Numbered from the stretch's first letter, positions 11,801 to 25,900 are shown. The stretch is 64,000 bases of DNA from Paraspadella gotoi (GCA_051294375.1 CM119264.1:20240248-20304247), one strand, 5' to 3'. Notes: generated from the letters alone by a model not told the origin. Numbers and translations are program-made.

Positions 11801-13539
11801 TATAGCAAGGAATTTAATTCTATTATTTATCATCATTTTAATAAGAAAAAATATTCTCGTAATAGCTCATTGGAAAAGGTTCATTGACTGACTTAATGAT
11901 CGAATTTTTTAGATTTCTTTACTACCCCATTTCATAAGATATAAAAGGTCATGGTTATCATGTCAGTAAGTCCAGATTATCTGTACCCTTTCTGCAACCT
12001 GCATTCCAAATTTTCTTTTTTCCCTTGCAAATGTATTAAATAAAAAAAATTATTTGAGAGAACAATCGGCGTGGAGGATGCCATTGGAAGCCTTAGTTAC
12101 CCCACTTCCCGATCAAATTTTTAAATAGGTTTTTTTCCATCTATTTGAAACATAACACTAACTATTGGTACTATTAATTTTTTTTTTATCTTTTACAATT
12201 CTATTAATAAATATGAATAAGTAACTTTTTAAAAAAAATTTATCATCTTTCACCCTATATTCAGTCATATCTAAAAAAAACAAAAAAAGATTTTGCATTG
12301 ATATTTTGCATATCAATATATGAAACTATTACGTTTCAAAAAATAAAAATAAATATAATAATATTGAACAGTGAATTTTTTTTAAGCACGGAACAGTAAC
12401 GTTACGCCATTTTTCATTGTGTCGTAGGTGTTAAAAATAAAATGAACGATGACGAAAAAAAAGAGATAGATTACAGCGTGATTCAAACAATGGGGGGGAA
12501 AAAAGACGTTTTTTTACTAAGGAAGAAAAAACGGAAGCAGAATAGAGGATTTTTTTGCTAGCAAAAGACTTTTTGTTTGGTGGCAGCGGTAGTTGCAATT
12601 TCCGTAATTACAGCTTCGCGCGACTGGGAAAAAAGGTGGCGCCGAGATGTTTTCGGCAACGTCGTCGCGCCATATTAGTCGGCACTGACTATTTACAGTA
12701 GGGTGGAGAGCTGAAAAGATTTCTAGATGTTACAATCACTCTCATATACAGCTGAGCCGCGTCATATTAAACTATGAAACAACTGCTTTAAAAAAACACG
12801 CCAAAGTTACTCTTTTAAATATCGACAAACTGTCTTCTGCAACCCTTTTCCTAAAGTTCTGTTGTGTGGTCTTAAGAGAAATTTTTCTTAAACAGAAGTT
12901 TTATCTTTACATGAGGTAAATTTTGCGAAAACCGTACCAGTCTTTAGCTAATATAAAAAATCTTAAAAGCATAAGGATCGTTGCAATCGCATAAGAAAAA
13001 TCTGGATTCACGATAAATTTTGATACTAAAAAAAATTAAATTTAAAAAAAGAAAATTAATTTATAAACAGAAATAAAAATTTTATTTTGCAATTGTCAAT
13101 TAAAAAAATAATAAAGTACCGAGAAAAATTAAAGTTACAGTTTCTGAAAAAAAAATGTTTTTTTTGTCATTATCAATTGTCATTGTCAAATAAACTGATC
13201 AGCAGACGCAGCCCTTGAAAAAAAATTTGAGAAAAGAAAATTAATTTATAAACAGAAAGAAAAATTCTATTTTGCGATTGTCAATTAAAGAAGAAAGAAA
13301 AAAATTAAAGTTACAGTTTCTAAAAAAAAAAAAATTTCATTGTCAAAAAATAACGTGATCAGCAGACGCAGTCCCTGAGAAAAAAAAACGAAATAAAAAA
13401 TCTTAAAAGCATAAGGATCGTCGCAATTACATAAGAAAAATCTGGATTGACGACAAATCTTGATACTAAAAAAAATCAATTTAAAAAAAAAAAAAATTAT
13501 AAACAGAAAGAAAAAAAAGAAAAGAATAAATAAAGACTA

Positions 13540-13725
13540 GAAAGGAAAGAAAGGAAAGAAAGAATAAAAAAAAGTATAGAAAGGAAAGAAAGAATAGAAA
13601 GGAAAGAAAGAATAGAAAGGAAAGAAAGAATAGAAAGGAAAGAAAGAATAGAAAGGAAAGAAAGAAAAAGAATAAAAAGGAAAGAAAGGAAAGAAAGAAT
13701 AGAAAGGAAAGAAAGAATAGAAAGG
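13540..13725 (+). repeat. 18-bp purine-rich minisatellite (AGAAAGGAAAGAAAGAAT)n
   Basis: Direct tandem units. Confidence 0.9.
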
Positions 13726-14001
13726 GGAAAAAAAAGAAATTAATTTATAAACAGAAAAAAAAAATTCTATTTTTCATTATCAAAATAATAAATATAAAAC
13801 AGTAAAATAACTTATTTTCGAGTTTAATTTTTGCTAAGACTGGAGTAACATTATTGAAGGTACTTTTGTTTTACTTTAAGCACGCATAAGCGAGCAGTTT
13901 GATCGAATGCGACCTCTCTAAACACTGTCAGCATTCCCAGACAAAAGACAAAGTGAAACTTGAATCAGACTGACGAAGTGAAGTAAAGAATAAAGTGAAA
14001 T

Positions 14002-15139
14002 AAAAACCCGATGTTACTATAACAAAATGATAACATGCACGAATGCGATGCCTAATTTTATGAGTTCAATCCCAATTCATTTTTTTAAAATAAAAACAGA
14101 GAGAGAGAGAAGAGAGAGAGAGAGAGAAAGAGAGAAAAGAAAGAAATCAAATGGCAGCAACAGAAGCAGCAGGAGAAAAGAAAGAAAAAGAGAGAGCCCC
14201 TGCAGAGCCAGCTGCAGACTCAAAAGGCAGCAGCAAAAGCAGCAGGAGAAAATAAAGAAAAAGAATAAGCCCCTGCAGAGCCAGCTGCAGACTCGTTTTT
14301 TTTCCCCTATGATTATGAATCAGTGAATAGGGAAAAGAAAGAGGGAGAGAGACATGTACTTATAAGAAAAAAGAGAGAGAGAAAGAAATATAAAAATAAA
14401 AGAAAGAAAATTTGTTTGTTTTGATAAAACATAAACAAAACATATTTAATAACTGTCCAGACTCAATTTTAAGCACATCGATGATGAAAAGCTGTATATA
14501 AATTTTCAGCTTCATAAACCCAAATTTAATCATAAAAAAGGCGATCTATAATTTGGAACGCCGACGACAAAGCCGACGACGACGCTTAGCGATTGCGACG
14601 ATAAAAACCGATGTTGCGATACAAAATGATAACATGCACAAATACGATGCCTAATTTTACGAGTTCAATCCTAATTCAATTTTTTTTTTTAATAAAAACG
14701 CAGAGAGAGAGAAAAAAAGAAAGAAATCAAAAGGCAGCAGCAGAAGCAGCAAGAGAAAAGAGAGAAAAAGAATAAGCCCCTGCAGACTCATTTTTTTCCT
14801 TTTATCTATGAATCAGTGACTAGGGAAAAGAAAGAGAAAGAGAGACATGTAATTAAAAGAGAAAAGAGAGAGAGAGAAAGAAATATAAAAATAAAAGAGA
14901 GAAAATTGGTTTGTTTTGATAAAACGTAAACAAAACATATTTAATAACTGTCCAGACTCAATTTTAAGCACATCGATGATGAGAAGCTGTATATAAATTA
15001 TCAGATTCATACACCCAAATTTAATCATAAAAAAGGCGATCTATAATTTGCAACGCCGACGACGACAACAACGCCGACGACGACGACGCCACTTATGCGC
15101 AAAAGCGTTACAATCGCTTAGCGTTTGCGACGATAAAAA
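14002..15139 (-). mobile_element. Head-to-tail dimer of a second HINE-like family (B)
   Basis: Two related units joined at ~14602-14607 (ttgcgacgataaaaa|ccgatgttg); (GTC)n tract; a partial third copy at ~215-459 shows the full terminal hairpin atcgtcgcaa..ttgcgacgat. Confidence 0.65.
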
Positions 15140-15262
15140 TTGGTACAAGCAATATAAAATTATCCATTCATTTAATAAATAAGCTTTCTTTCCCCTGACT
15201 TTGGACCGGCTTTAGTAGCTTGTAAAAATAGAAATAGTGAATAGAATTCACTGAAGACTAAC

Positions 15263-15419
15263 CTACTGAGCCGCCTTCGTCACGCATAACCTCTACGCCT
15301 TGCGTGGAGCAGGGTCCCCCGTCCGATGCAACCGCCGCCTTCTTATATCGCCCTAGCTTGGACGTAGACGCAGGGACGGGCTGCCAAGGGTTGTGCCATC
15401 GAAGATCCGACAGCAAGTG
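15263..15419 (-). CDS. GGT: Gamma-glutamyltranspeptidase exon 2
   Basis: ttttcctctccag| HLLSDLRWHNPWQPVPASTSKLGRYKKAAVASDGGPCSTQGVEVMRDEGGSV-G|gttagt; AAVASD..CS..G..V...GGS is the GGT N-terminal motif; phase 0->1. Confidence 0.9.
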
Positions 15420-15522
15420 CTGGAGAGGAAAAATAAATGCATTAATCCCTCATCCTCTATCAAAAATGACCCAAAAAGAGTAAAATTTTATATTGAGACT
15501 GTTTTTCATACAAAGGACAAGG

Positions 15523-15850
15523 TGTGGCGAATCCTAAAATCGCCTCCCGTATAGCTTGGAGAAACTCAGCTCCTCCCATTGGCTTGGACAGCTAAGTACT
15601 CGTTCACCAACCGTGAGTTCCGGGTTCAATCTCCTCACGGTCACCCTGGTTAAAGTTTGATGGTGTCGGCATAAACACGCCAGTGACATGGGGTGGTCAC
15701 TGCAGGTCCATAGCCCTGAGCGCCAGCTGTCGGGAGATGCCTCACACCCCAGGCATCACACTTGTCCCTCCGTTGCCATAAAGGTTTATAAACTTTTACT
15801 CCCCTAGACTACCCGACAAATAATCCTCAGCACCCCATGAACCAACATCC
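15523..15850 (+). mobile_element. LTR-like or SINE-like repeat with tRNA-derived boxes
   Basis: Starts TGTGGCGA..ctaaaaTCGCC hairpin like the TRIM LTR start; tggcttggac and ccgggttcaatc boxes; 3' end undefined. Confidence 0.45.
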
Positions 15851-16575
15851 ATACCCTTTCACGATACCTCATACATAACCACATTACCCCCCCGCCCCAC
15901 ACACCCAAACCCTTTTACCCCTAACTTCCGATTCAAAACCCCTAACCCCCAATCCCCTACCCCTATAGCCCTTAGCCTTGAATGAAAGAAAACTTTAGAT
16001 TAAAAAAAACCAGTTTAGAGCGAGAAAATCAGCGACTAGGTTAGAGTCCGAGTCTCAAAATTTAGGCTTAAGAAAAATAAGTTTTAAATGTTAAAAAAAA
16101 AGAGCAGATGAATTTACATTGAAACTTCTTAGCGTTAAAATAAGCCCTTTCACGCTGACGCTTTTGTTCTGAATTAATCAGGAGAGATATATTAGGAGAG
16201 AGCTCAAGAGAAAGAGGACAGGAATCTTAAGACGTCGTTGAGAGGAACTAATCTTCGCCCCCACCCCCGGTGAGGCATTTTTCGGTGCCACTTCCGGTGA
16301 CTCTCATTTCATGGTGGAATGAACTCGAGAACTTCTTCCTCCCAAAAAGACTCCAAGGTTAACGGCGAGATATTTTTCGGAGACTAGGAAAATAAATTTT
16401 TCCTTTTTTTACCGCCTTTTTTCCCCAATGGACTTGGGCCATTTCAAAAGAACTAAAAGCTGCCGAAAAATACAATAGAACGTAATTTTTTTATACTCTT
16501 GATTATCCCTTCCGTTTCTCCCAAATAATGGAGTGATTTTTACCACACAAAGAGCAATGCAATTAAAGAACTCAC

Positions 16576-16689
16576 CTCCTTTTCATGGTCTTCGTCATCT
16601 TCGCCGTCGACATAGCTGGGACGTTTCTCACTTCTGACGACGACGACGACGACGAAACAAACGGAGACGAAAAACTTCCGATTTAACAT
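16576..16689 (-). CDS. GGT: Gamma-glutamyltranspeptidase coding exon 1 (N-terminal signal/anchor)
   Basis: ATG at 16689; MLNRKFFVSVCFVVVVVVRSEKRPSYVDGEDDEDHEKE; donor GAG|gtgagt, phase 0, matching exon 2. Confidence 0.75.
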
Positions 16690-17710
16690 TGCTATGGTAT
16701 TTGTTAAATTCCTCGAGTTTTTCGCGGCTTCTTTTTTTTTAAAATAATTTTAGGGGTAGTAAGACAATTATTACGATATATTTAATAATTATCCACTGAA
16801 TAAAACGATTATAAAAAAGAAAAAAACCCAATAACCATCAGCTATATTTCATGTCTAAATGAACTTATTGCTAATTTTGTCTCTTAAAATTATTTACGGG
16901 AAAATAAGATTAAAAAGTTAACAACCACAAACTTGCTCCCGCGCAATATCCTTTACGTCTAATGTTTTTTTATTTTTTTCGAAATTAAAAAACTTAAATG
17001 TAAAAAAAAAAGATCGGTCCATCCAATGTGTTGCGCCGCAGAGACTTTCTTTTTACTTATATTTTTTTGTGATCATATATACATGATTATAAAATTTATA
17101 TATAACAAACGTCTTATGGCAGACGAAATATGCCGAATTTACTGTGATCATGTGACCATAATTTTACTTAGCCACATAACTACACAAATATAAAACACAT
17201 GAACAAAAAGCATTTAGTAATGTCTTACAAATCTACAAAATAATAACTAAAATAACTATTAGCCCAGGTATTTATGATACGCATTGCATAAAAATTATGT
17301 TTTTTGTTCTTTAAAGATTTAGGATTTCCTGAAGGCGGCGCTAGCAGTCATTTAGTTTCATATTTTTCCTGTCTTAACAAATGCAGAACTATAAACAAAT
17401 TATAAACATTTTAATAAAAGTAGGACTGGCCAATGGACAGACATACCAGCCGACCGACAGACCGACCTAAAAGTGATTGCTCCGCGATTACTCGCGGCGT
17501 AACTAAAAAGAACAAAAACAGAATAAACGCAAGAAATAAAGAGGTTTTTTTATATTACGATTCAATTCGATTTGGTGGAAACCCGAGTTGGCCGACTATA
17601 AGTTTCGCAAGATATCATAATTTTCGTACAAAAATACCGGTTTTCTAATCGACATTTTAAGAATTCGTTGACTTGCTCACATTTGTCAACTCAGCCGGGA
17701 AAAAGTTACG

Positions 17711-18440
17711 TTTTTAGTCGGATCTGCTTATCGCAGATTCCGCCTCTATAATTCACTTTGTCGGTCTCACCCCAAAATCTTTTTATCATATCAGAACCTC
17801 TAATTATGATAAATTGTCATAAAAATGTCGTCCATCCGTCAGTCTGAAGTTCCGTCCCACCAATGATCTTTAATTATTCACGATTGGATGGTTGGATTGG
17901 AATGAAATTTAGTATGTGGGGAGAAAAGTGTATGATTGCGCTAGATCTAATGTTTCGATGGAATCATGCGAGTTGAAATGAGTTTAAATGGAAAAAACAA
18001 AAATCATATTTACTTAAAGTTTTTTACTCATAATTATTATATTTATTAAAAATCAGATTGATAAATTGAAATAAAATTTTGCGTGTGGGTAAGGCTGGGA
18101 TTAAACTGGATATAAATTTTTTATGAAATCGTAAAAGTAAAAAAATTTTTAAATTAAATAACCAAAAAACAAATTTATTTAAATTTTTAAAAGTATCTCT
18201 CTCTATATATCTTTCTGATTGTTTGATTGTTAATTTGATTAAACGATTGATTGATTTTTTAATTGATTAATCTGTTATGATTAATCTGTTATAATTTATA
18301 ATGTTAAGATCTAGTTATAATTAGTTATGTTTCTCTCTATTTATAAATTGTATTATTACATTCATCGGACATTTCATCTGGTTAGCTGCTTACCGCTAAA
18401 TTATCGTAGGCAGATTCGACATTGTTTGCTCAAACTTGTT
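17711..18440 (+). mobile_element. DINE-1/HINE-like (Helentron-associated) element, family A
   Basis: T-run start, 5' hairpin gtcggatctgc..gcagattccg, (TCCG)-type microsatellite, subterminal IR gcagat(c/t)cgac near 3' end, ends caaacttgtt. Confidence 0.7.
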
Positions 18441-18591
18441 AATAGAGAAATCCTTAATGAAAAGGGAAGAGCGCACAGCAGCGAATCGATCACGAGTGCT
18501 TAATCTAGATAATCTCTGTTGATTTGTGGATTTCTTACCTTCTTCGATATCTGGAAAATTACGTAGCGTTCTGTTAAACTAGTTGGATAAA

Positions 18592-18772
18592 TTTTACTTT
18601 TGCCGACCGCGGTTTTTGAAAAATAACTTAAAAATATTTAATTTAACAAAAAATTTAAAAATATTACCTAATTACCCTAACCCTAAACCCTTTTAACCCT
18701 AACCACCCCTAACCTTTAACCACCCCTAAATCACCCTTATCCTTAACCCCTCCCCGTTCGGCGAAAGTAAAA
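18592..18772. mobile_element. Small inverted-repeat element with internal CCCTAA repeats
   Basis: ttttacttttgccga ... tcggcgaaagtaaaa around accctaa-type repeats. Confidence 0.55.
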
Positions 18773-19447
18773 GTAAGTTAAATTAAGCAAAATGAAGCTA
18801 AAAAAACTGATTATAATTTGATTTCTGAAAAACGTATTTTTTTAGATTTAAACTGTCTTTTCCTAAACTTTTCAAAATTTTTAAGAAAAAAAAACCAAAA
18901 AAAAGCCAACTTAGGAAAAAGCGATGCTCTTTTACTCTCGTATGACCATTTTTAGTTTCGTTTAGACCGATTGAATATCTTAATCATTTATTTTCCGTTT
19001 AATATCTTGTCGCGCGCTTCCCCGCGATCAGCTGTTACGCAAACTAACAGACGAGCGTGTTTCAGTTAAATCTTTTCTCAAGTCTTTTATCTTCGATTCA
19101 AATACGTGTTTAAAAATGAAATGAAAAATCCTTTTAAATAATAAAGCGAGCAGGTGCTAATTTTCTGTGCCTCTTGACCTAACTACAGATTTACAAAAAT
19201 CGTCAACTAAAAATGTCTAATAATAAAGCTACATATATATGAAGCTAATTCTATTCAAATAATTATCATTTATCTATTTAAGGCATTATGTTGAATTTAT
19301 TTTGCATACAAGTAGCCATAGCCGATGAAATTTAAATGCTAATGTATACAGCGTTAAAATAATCTAACATGACCATAGGTTATGGTATTAAAATATTTTT
19401 TGTCAAAAAAGCTTTCTTCCGAGGGTACTCGCCTAATTAAAAATATT

Positions 19448-19927
19448 GAGAGTCTTGATTGAAAGCTTGCAGGGACCTGCTATATCATTATCTTGTAAGA
19501 GTGATGGAGGCCTTAAACCACCAAAGCCTGTCCAAAGTCAGGGTCAAGATAGCTTATTTATTAAATGAATGGATAATTTTTATATTGGTTGTACCAATTT
19601 CATAAAATTCAGCTCCTTGTATTTTGATGCTAGTGCGGAGTACAATAAGTATTCCCCGATCTAATACTTAAGGGAGTGGTCTTTTTATACAATTGAAACA
19701 TTCTTTGAAAATATTATACCACTTCATTGATAGGGAAGCAGGTACTCTGGAGTGAATAAATGAGACTGTGAGAGAGTCTTGATTGAAAGCTTACATGGAC
19801 CTGCTATGTCATTATCTTGTAAGAGTGATGGAGGCCTTAAACCACCAAAGCCTGTCCAAAGTCAGGGGCAAGATAGCATATTTATTAAATGAATGGATAA
19901 TTTTTATATTGGTTGTACCAATTTCAT
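19448..19927 (+). mobile_element. Left-truncated copy of the direct-repeat element
   Basis: Partial repeat + core + full repeat ending gtaccaatttcat. Confidence 0.7.
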
Positions 19928-20696
19928 TACATTAATATATAAAGCAAACAATTTTTTTTTTAAATCTTAAAATTTTTTTATGGATTCTGATAGAGCATAA
20001 AAAGTTAAAAAAGAAATATAATTACAGCTTTTAAAAATTCTTACGTTTTTCTAAGTGAAAATATAAAAAAACTGATAAAATCATCGAAAGATGATGATTT
20101 TTTACGGTTTTTCTTATTTCTTATGGTCTTAAAATTTTAAAATTATCAAAAAATTGTTTGGCCTTTCTTATATATAAATAAATATTAAAAAATTAATTAC
20201 TAGTGTAGAGAGCCATATTAGAAATTTTTTGTCCATTGAAAGTATTCTTAAAAATGTTGAAATATTCGTTTGAGCATTTACCTACTTTAAGTTTTTGACT
20301 CACCCCATTGAGTGCAGCTACCCCTAATACAAGTTGATTTTACTTATTGGACCTGCTCCCGATTCTACCTAATTCTAACATTTTCTTTTCTATGGATCTG
20401 TGGTTTCATGAGCATGAATTTGTAAACATTCAAGAATTAAAAAACGATGAATAAGAATAACTTGTGCTATTTTTGTTTGGTTTCTTTTTTTTTGGGTTGT
20501 TTATTTTGAGTGCACTATTTACAAAATGTTAAAATTGCTTAAAAGCCTCTATGAAATATCTTTCGATTACTATTAATACAAATTTACTGATGAAAGCTGA
20601 GACAGGGACTCTTAGGTAACCACGTGGCATAAATCAAAACATGTTTGTTAAATTGAATTTGATCTCGGAGTGGAAACAAAAATTGAATTTTATATA

Positions 20697-20981
20697 TGTC
20701 GTCGGGCATTGCCTAGGTTCACCCCGCTTATAAGCATGACTCTTTCAGTTGTGACCCGGTGGCTCATTGAATAAAGCCATCAGCTCATGACCACTAGGTA
20801 CCGGGTTCAATCCCAACCCGGTACCTCCCCTGCGGGAAGAGTGAGGACGGCCGTAAGCTGCCTTTGGGGCGTGGAAAACCCTCAAGTCTGGTTCCAGGCC
20901 CAGGACCCGTTCCATGTCTGCTAGAGGGGGTTATAGAAGTTATGGATAGTCATCTTCAGCCCCCGTAGCGCCTTATCCACA
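20697..20981 (+). mobile_element. Solo-LTR-like element with internal tRNA-like A/B boxes
   Basis: TGT...ACA termini with TATA on both sides; tggctcattg (A-like) and ggttcaatccc (B-like); related copies at 31591 and ~61732. Confidence 0.7.
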
Positions 20982-23900
20982 TATATGCGTTTCCAAAATG
21001 AGAATGAGATGAAATGAAACGCAATTGACAATGTAGCTCCTGCTTGAAAACGTTTCTCCGGGACTACGCTGCAGCTTGCCGTTTTATGCAAGACGAGCGC
21101 GCCCGTCTCAAAAGATGATCCTCGTTTCCCTCGCACCATCCCGCGTGACGTCGCTCTTTTATTCTAATGAATTCCTTGGACCGACGAGATCATCCTGGGA
21201 GTTTCTTTTCTGAAGTTTTGAGTTTGTTTCTACCTTCGAGTTCGTCGCGCCAATTGAAGACGGATTCCCGGCCGTAGATGCACCAGCTGAAGAAACCCCT
21301 CCAGGACCCGGGGGGGTAGACGGAAGAAGACGTAGAGCCTCAAACAAACTGAAGACTCCGAGACCAATGGCGCCGCAAATATTTATTTTAAATGCTTATT
21401 CTTGAAAGTCACGCGATCTCCGTCCTAATATTTAGTACCTTAATAAAATAACCAAAGCATATAGATATTCAATTTTATTCATACAATACAATAAATGAAA
21501 TACTAACTAATTAATCAAAGAAGCAATATTAGACAAATTAACAAATCCACAAAGAATCCACTAAACGTCCATTAAGAATCCACAAACGTTTATTATTTTA
21601 GAGAAGAGTCCCGTTTCAGAGCAGAATCTGGAATCTGGAATCCGCAAAAGAGAGAAAGAGACGAACGTCGATATCTCCTATATAAAAGAGCATCTGAGTT
21701 GTAGATGGTAGTCCGGACTTCACATTTCCTAATTATGACTTTGTGGAAACGACAACGACGACAGAGACGACACCGACGTCTTTTCGAGAAGTATCGAGGA
21801 AAACAACGACTACAGCTTGAAACTGGGATCGGATCGGATCACTTGCCTGTGGCGAAAACAGTTCCTGTTATTCAACTATGACGAAATTTTCTTTAGCTAA
21901 TGATCGATAATAGGCAACTGAGTTTTTCGGTTTAATCGACGATCACCGAGCCGACAACAAATATTTTCGTTGATGCTAAAATTTTAGAAGAATTTTAGTA
22001 AAATTACCTCATGATCGCCTTGTTTTTCGAAAGTTAAGTTTCGAAGCTGATACACGTACGGACTGTAGTATACCGTGAGGATTTTTTGCGATCGAAAGAA
22101 TGAAAGTAAAAAAAAAGTAAAGTAAAGAAAAAAATATATATCAGCTGCGTCGTCGTCGTCGTCTCTGCAGACGATATACGACACGATGAAGTTAACGTGG
22201 CGAATTTTTATCATATTTCTTAATCTGTGAGCTAAACTTGAAGCTTTACATTAATAATACCACACGCGTTTGGTTCTACCAGACTACCTTTACATTTACT
22301 ATAACCCTCGCTTATCTACAAAAAAGGAAAATTAGTAAAAAATCCATAAGAAACAGACTCGTGGTAGCAAAGATCTCTGACAAAATTTTGTACTTCTTTA
22401 TTTGTCAGCTAAACCATATAGCCAAAAAATATTAAAAATGATTATAATTATATACCAAATGATAGCTGAGAACAAGATCTTACTGTCTGATCTATTATTT
22501 GATAATTTTGAATTAAGACACTACAAGTTTTAGTTCAACCAGTTTGAAAACTAAAATGATACATTTTTTTTCTACTTTTTTAAGATTTGACTTTCTTTTT
22601 TTACTGTATTCCTGATGTATTGCGGCAAAGAATAAGAAAGACATTTTGAGTTAAGTCATGTTATTGTAATCTTATATGTACATTTTGAAACCAATCGGAT
22701 TACAACTTCTGTACCATAAACATTCTTATTTGTTAAAAAAATAGGAAAAAATGATTTTGGAAAAAAAGATTTTGGGCATTAAGAATTTTAGATCTGGAAA
22801 TAGGGTGGGAATTTTGCATTTTTAAAAAAAAAAANNNNNNNNNNNNNNNNNNNNNNNNNNNNNNNNNNNNNNNNNNNNNNNNNNNNNNNNNNNNNNNNNN
22901 NNNNNNNNNNNNNNNNNNNNNNNNNNNNNNNNNNNNNNNNNNNNNNNNNNNNNNNNNNNNNNNNNNNNNNNNNNNNNNNNNNNNNNNNNNNNNNNNNNNN
23001 NNNNNNNNNNNNNNNNNNNNNNNNNNNNNNNNNNNNNNNNNNNNNNNNNNNNNNNNNNNNNNNNNNNNNNNNNNNNNNNNNNNNNNNNNNNNNNNNNNNN
23101 NNNNNNNNNNNNNNNNGGGTCGGCGCAGGGAAAAATGAGTCACGTGACTTCGAAGTACTTGTTTCAAGTTCATGTAGAATAAAATCGTTTGTAATAAGAG
23201 GCCTNNNNNNNNNNNNNNNNNNNNNNNNNNNNNNNNNNNNNNNNNNNNNNNNNNNNNNNNNNNNNNNNNNNNNNNNNNNNNNNNNNNNNNNNNNNNNNNN
23301 NNNNNNNNNNNNNNNNNNNNNNNNNNNNNNNNNNNNNNNNNNNNNNNNNNNNNNNNNNNNNNNNNNNNNNNNNNNNNNNNNNNNNNNNNNNNNNNNNNNN
23401 NNNNNNNNNNNNACTGACATCTAATGGAAGCTACTTAATTTAAAGACAAACAAAAGGCTTTGAAGCAACTTTAAAGCTTTAAATCAAAACTCAGACGCTT
23501 AGATTTCAAGCCTGTCCGATTGGCTAAGTGTTGGGAAGTGATAAGTCCCGACGATTAGGACCGAGTTCGAGCCCGGGCGCTGACAGATTATCTTATTCTT
23601 AAATAATTCTACTCGAAATAGACGCATATCTTTTATTTTAGAGTAGAAATAGGTCAGTTCATTTTTTTTCGGATTTTTTAAAAAAAAATAATATTTTTTG
23701 TTTAATTTTAATGTTTATACTATTATGAATAAAACCAAACTCACATAAAGGTATGAAGATGAAGGAAATGAATTGGAGTAAGGAGTAAGGAGCTAGGAGA
23801 AAAGGTAAGTAAAGAATGAGAGATTAAAGAAAAAAAAAGAAATAGAATGAAAGAGAGAAAGATAGAAAAATAAAGAGGGATAGAGAGTGAGAGAGAGAAA

Positions 23901-25171
23901 GTTTGAAATTAATTTTCAACAACGGTTTATTTCTTTAAAAAAATATTAAAAAATAAATATTTGGGTATAGAGCCATATAAGAAATTTTTTGTACATTGAA
24001 AGTATACTTAAAAATGCATAAATTTTCGTTTGAGCATTATCCCATAATAAATTTTTGACTCACCCCATTGAGAGGAGCTACCCCTATTCAGAAGAAAAAA
24101 AAGAGAGAGAGAAAGCGACATATATATATATATAAAGAGAGAGAGAGAGACCTGACAGCCGCTGGACAGCCGCTGGACAGCCGCTGCCGAGAGAAAGAAA
24201 GAAGCTGAACAGCCCCTTTACTCGTCCAAACACCGAGTCAATGTACCTATGACGCCAGAGGTAGCGCGAGCTCCTCCCATCCCAAGGGCTTCGTGTTCGT
24301 CCCCTGATGAATCACACAAGAAAAGCAAAAATAAAAATTTTGAAAAACGGAGAAAGGATGGTGAACTCCTCTCGGCATCGTCTTTTACATTGGTGAGCCC
24401 ACAATATATATATAAAAATTTTTAAAAAAAATCTTAAAAGCATAAGGATCGAGCCAGCTTTCAATGGTAACCAAATATTGATGCGATGATAACCAATAAT
24501 TGATGCGATGATAACGAAATGACTGATGTGATGATAATCAAATTATTGATGCGATGATAGTCATTTATTGATATGATGATAATCATTCATTGATACGATG
24601 ATAGTCATTCATTGATGAGATGATAGTCATTCATTACCGCGATGAATCAATCAACATAAATAACAAATGCGTGTATGAGTGAAAGAAAGAGAGAGAGAGA
24701 GAGGCTAAACAGTTTTCCCGCTAACGAGACTTTCATAAAGAATAATCAAAATTTTTAGAAAAAAAATCCACGAAAAAAGGACGGAATAATAATAATAAAA
24801 GTTTTTAGAAGGAAAAAAAAAAAGAGAGAGAGAGAGAAAGGTGGCCTTGCAACGGCGGCGTGATCTCGGTCAAGTTGATTTTTTTTATAACGTACATTTC
24901 CGTGCCATCAAAAAACGCGTCATTAGGTCATGTTCCTCGACATTGTTTACTCGTTGCCCCGCAACGGCCACGAAATCCAGGTCAAGTAAGTTTATTCTTC
25001 ACATTTTCTCATTGTATTAATCCTTTCAGCTAAATAAAATCATTGATGAAATTCTTTCTCAATCTTTGTTCAAACATTTGCTCAAAAAAATGCACGAATA
25101 TCTCAGATGTAAATTTGGGATTTTGTATTGAGAAAAAAGCGCGGAATAAATGGCGATAATAAAAGTTTTAA

Positions 25172-25900
25172 GAAAAAGGGTCATTCAATTCAACTTCAAA
25201 TAGGCTAAAATGGAGTACAAAATTCAGAAAGCTGAGCTCCTGGCGATTCCGAAAATGTATTCACTTAAAGCATTTAATGCATTCTACCCCATATTATATC
25301 GGTTTTAATTATAATATAAACAAATAAAAGAAACCTATCTGAAGAGTTGCAGGTAAAACGAAAACGAAAACGAAAAATCCATCTAATATTTTTTATGAAT
25401 TCTTTATTACTGAATTAGAAAAATGTAATAGAGAGACATTTTTAAATTTCAACTTGTATCCTTGAAAATGAAACGTTTTTAAACTTTAACCCTGAATTCT
25501 TTCTAACTGGAACACGTTTATCAAAATGTCTCTCTATTACATTTTTACAAATGTTTTTAAGATTGCTAATCAAATTTTTAATTCAATATTATTGCAGTCG
25601 TTTAGGCTGCAACTCTTCAAATTCAGTGTAGATTTATTGTAGCTCGAATTTCTTTTGTTTTCTTTTGTTCATGACTGGAAAACCAACAGAGTAACGAGAT
25701 TAATTGTTTAATTCTCCCCTTCTAAACTATCTCATACCGTGTTTTAACTTCTTACCTAGAATTTTTTAACAACCAGATTGAAAAACAAATCTTTAAAAAA
25801 TGTGCTTACCCATTTAACTTAACAATTTTGTTATTTACCCATTTAAAAAAAATTATTGAAAACAGAATGAACGTATTGTTATGCTGAATGACCTTTCCTC
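25172..25900 (+). mobile_element. TTAA-targeting MITE (Kolobok-like RR termini)
   Basis: TTAA|GAAAAAGGGTCATTCA...TGAATGACCTTTCCTC|TTAA; empty site in a paralogous host repeat at ~30764 has a single TTAA. Confidence 0.85.

Noticed and set aside
23511-23586. tRNA gene
   Set aside because: A/B-box-like words only, no intact cloverleaf; a degenerate SINE-like head at best. The same applies to ~8920-8970 and ~38835.
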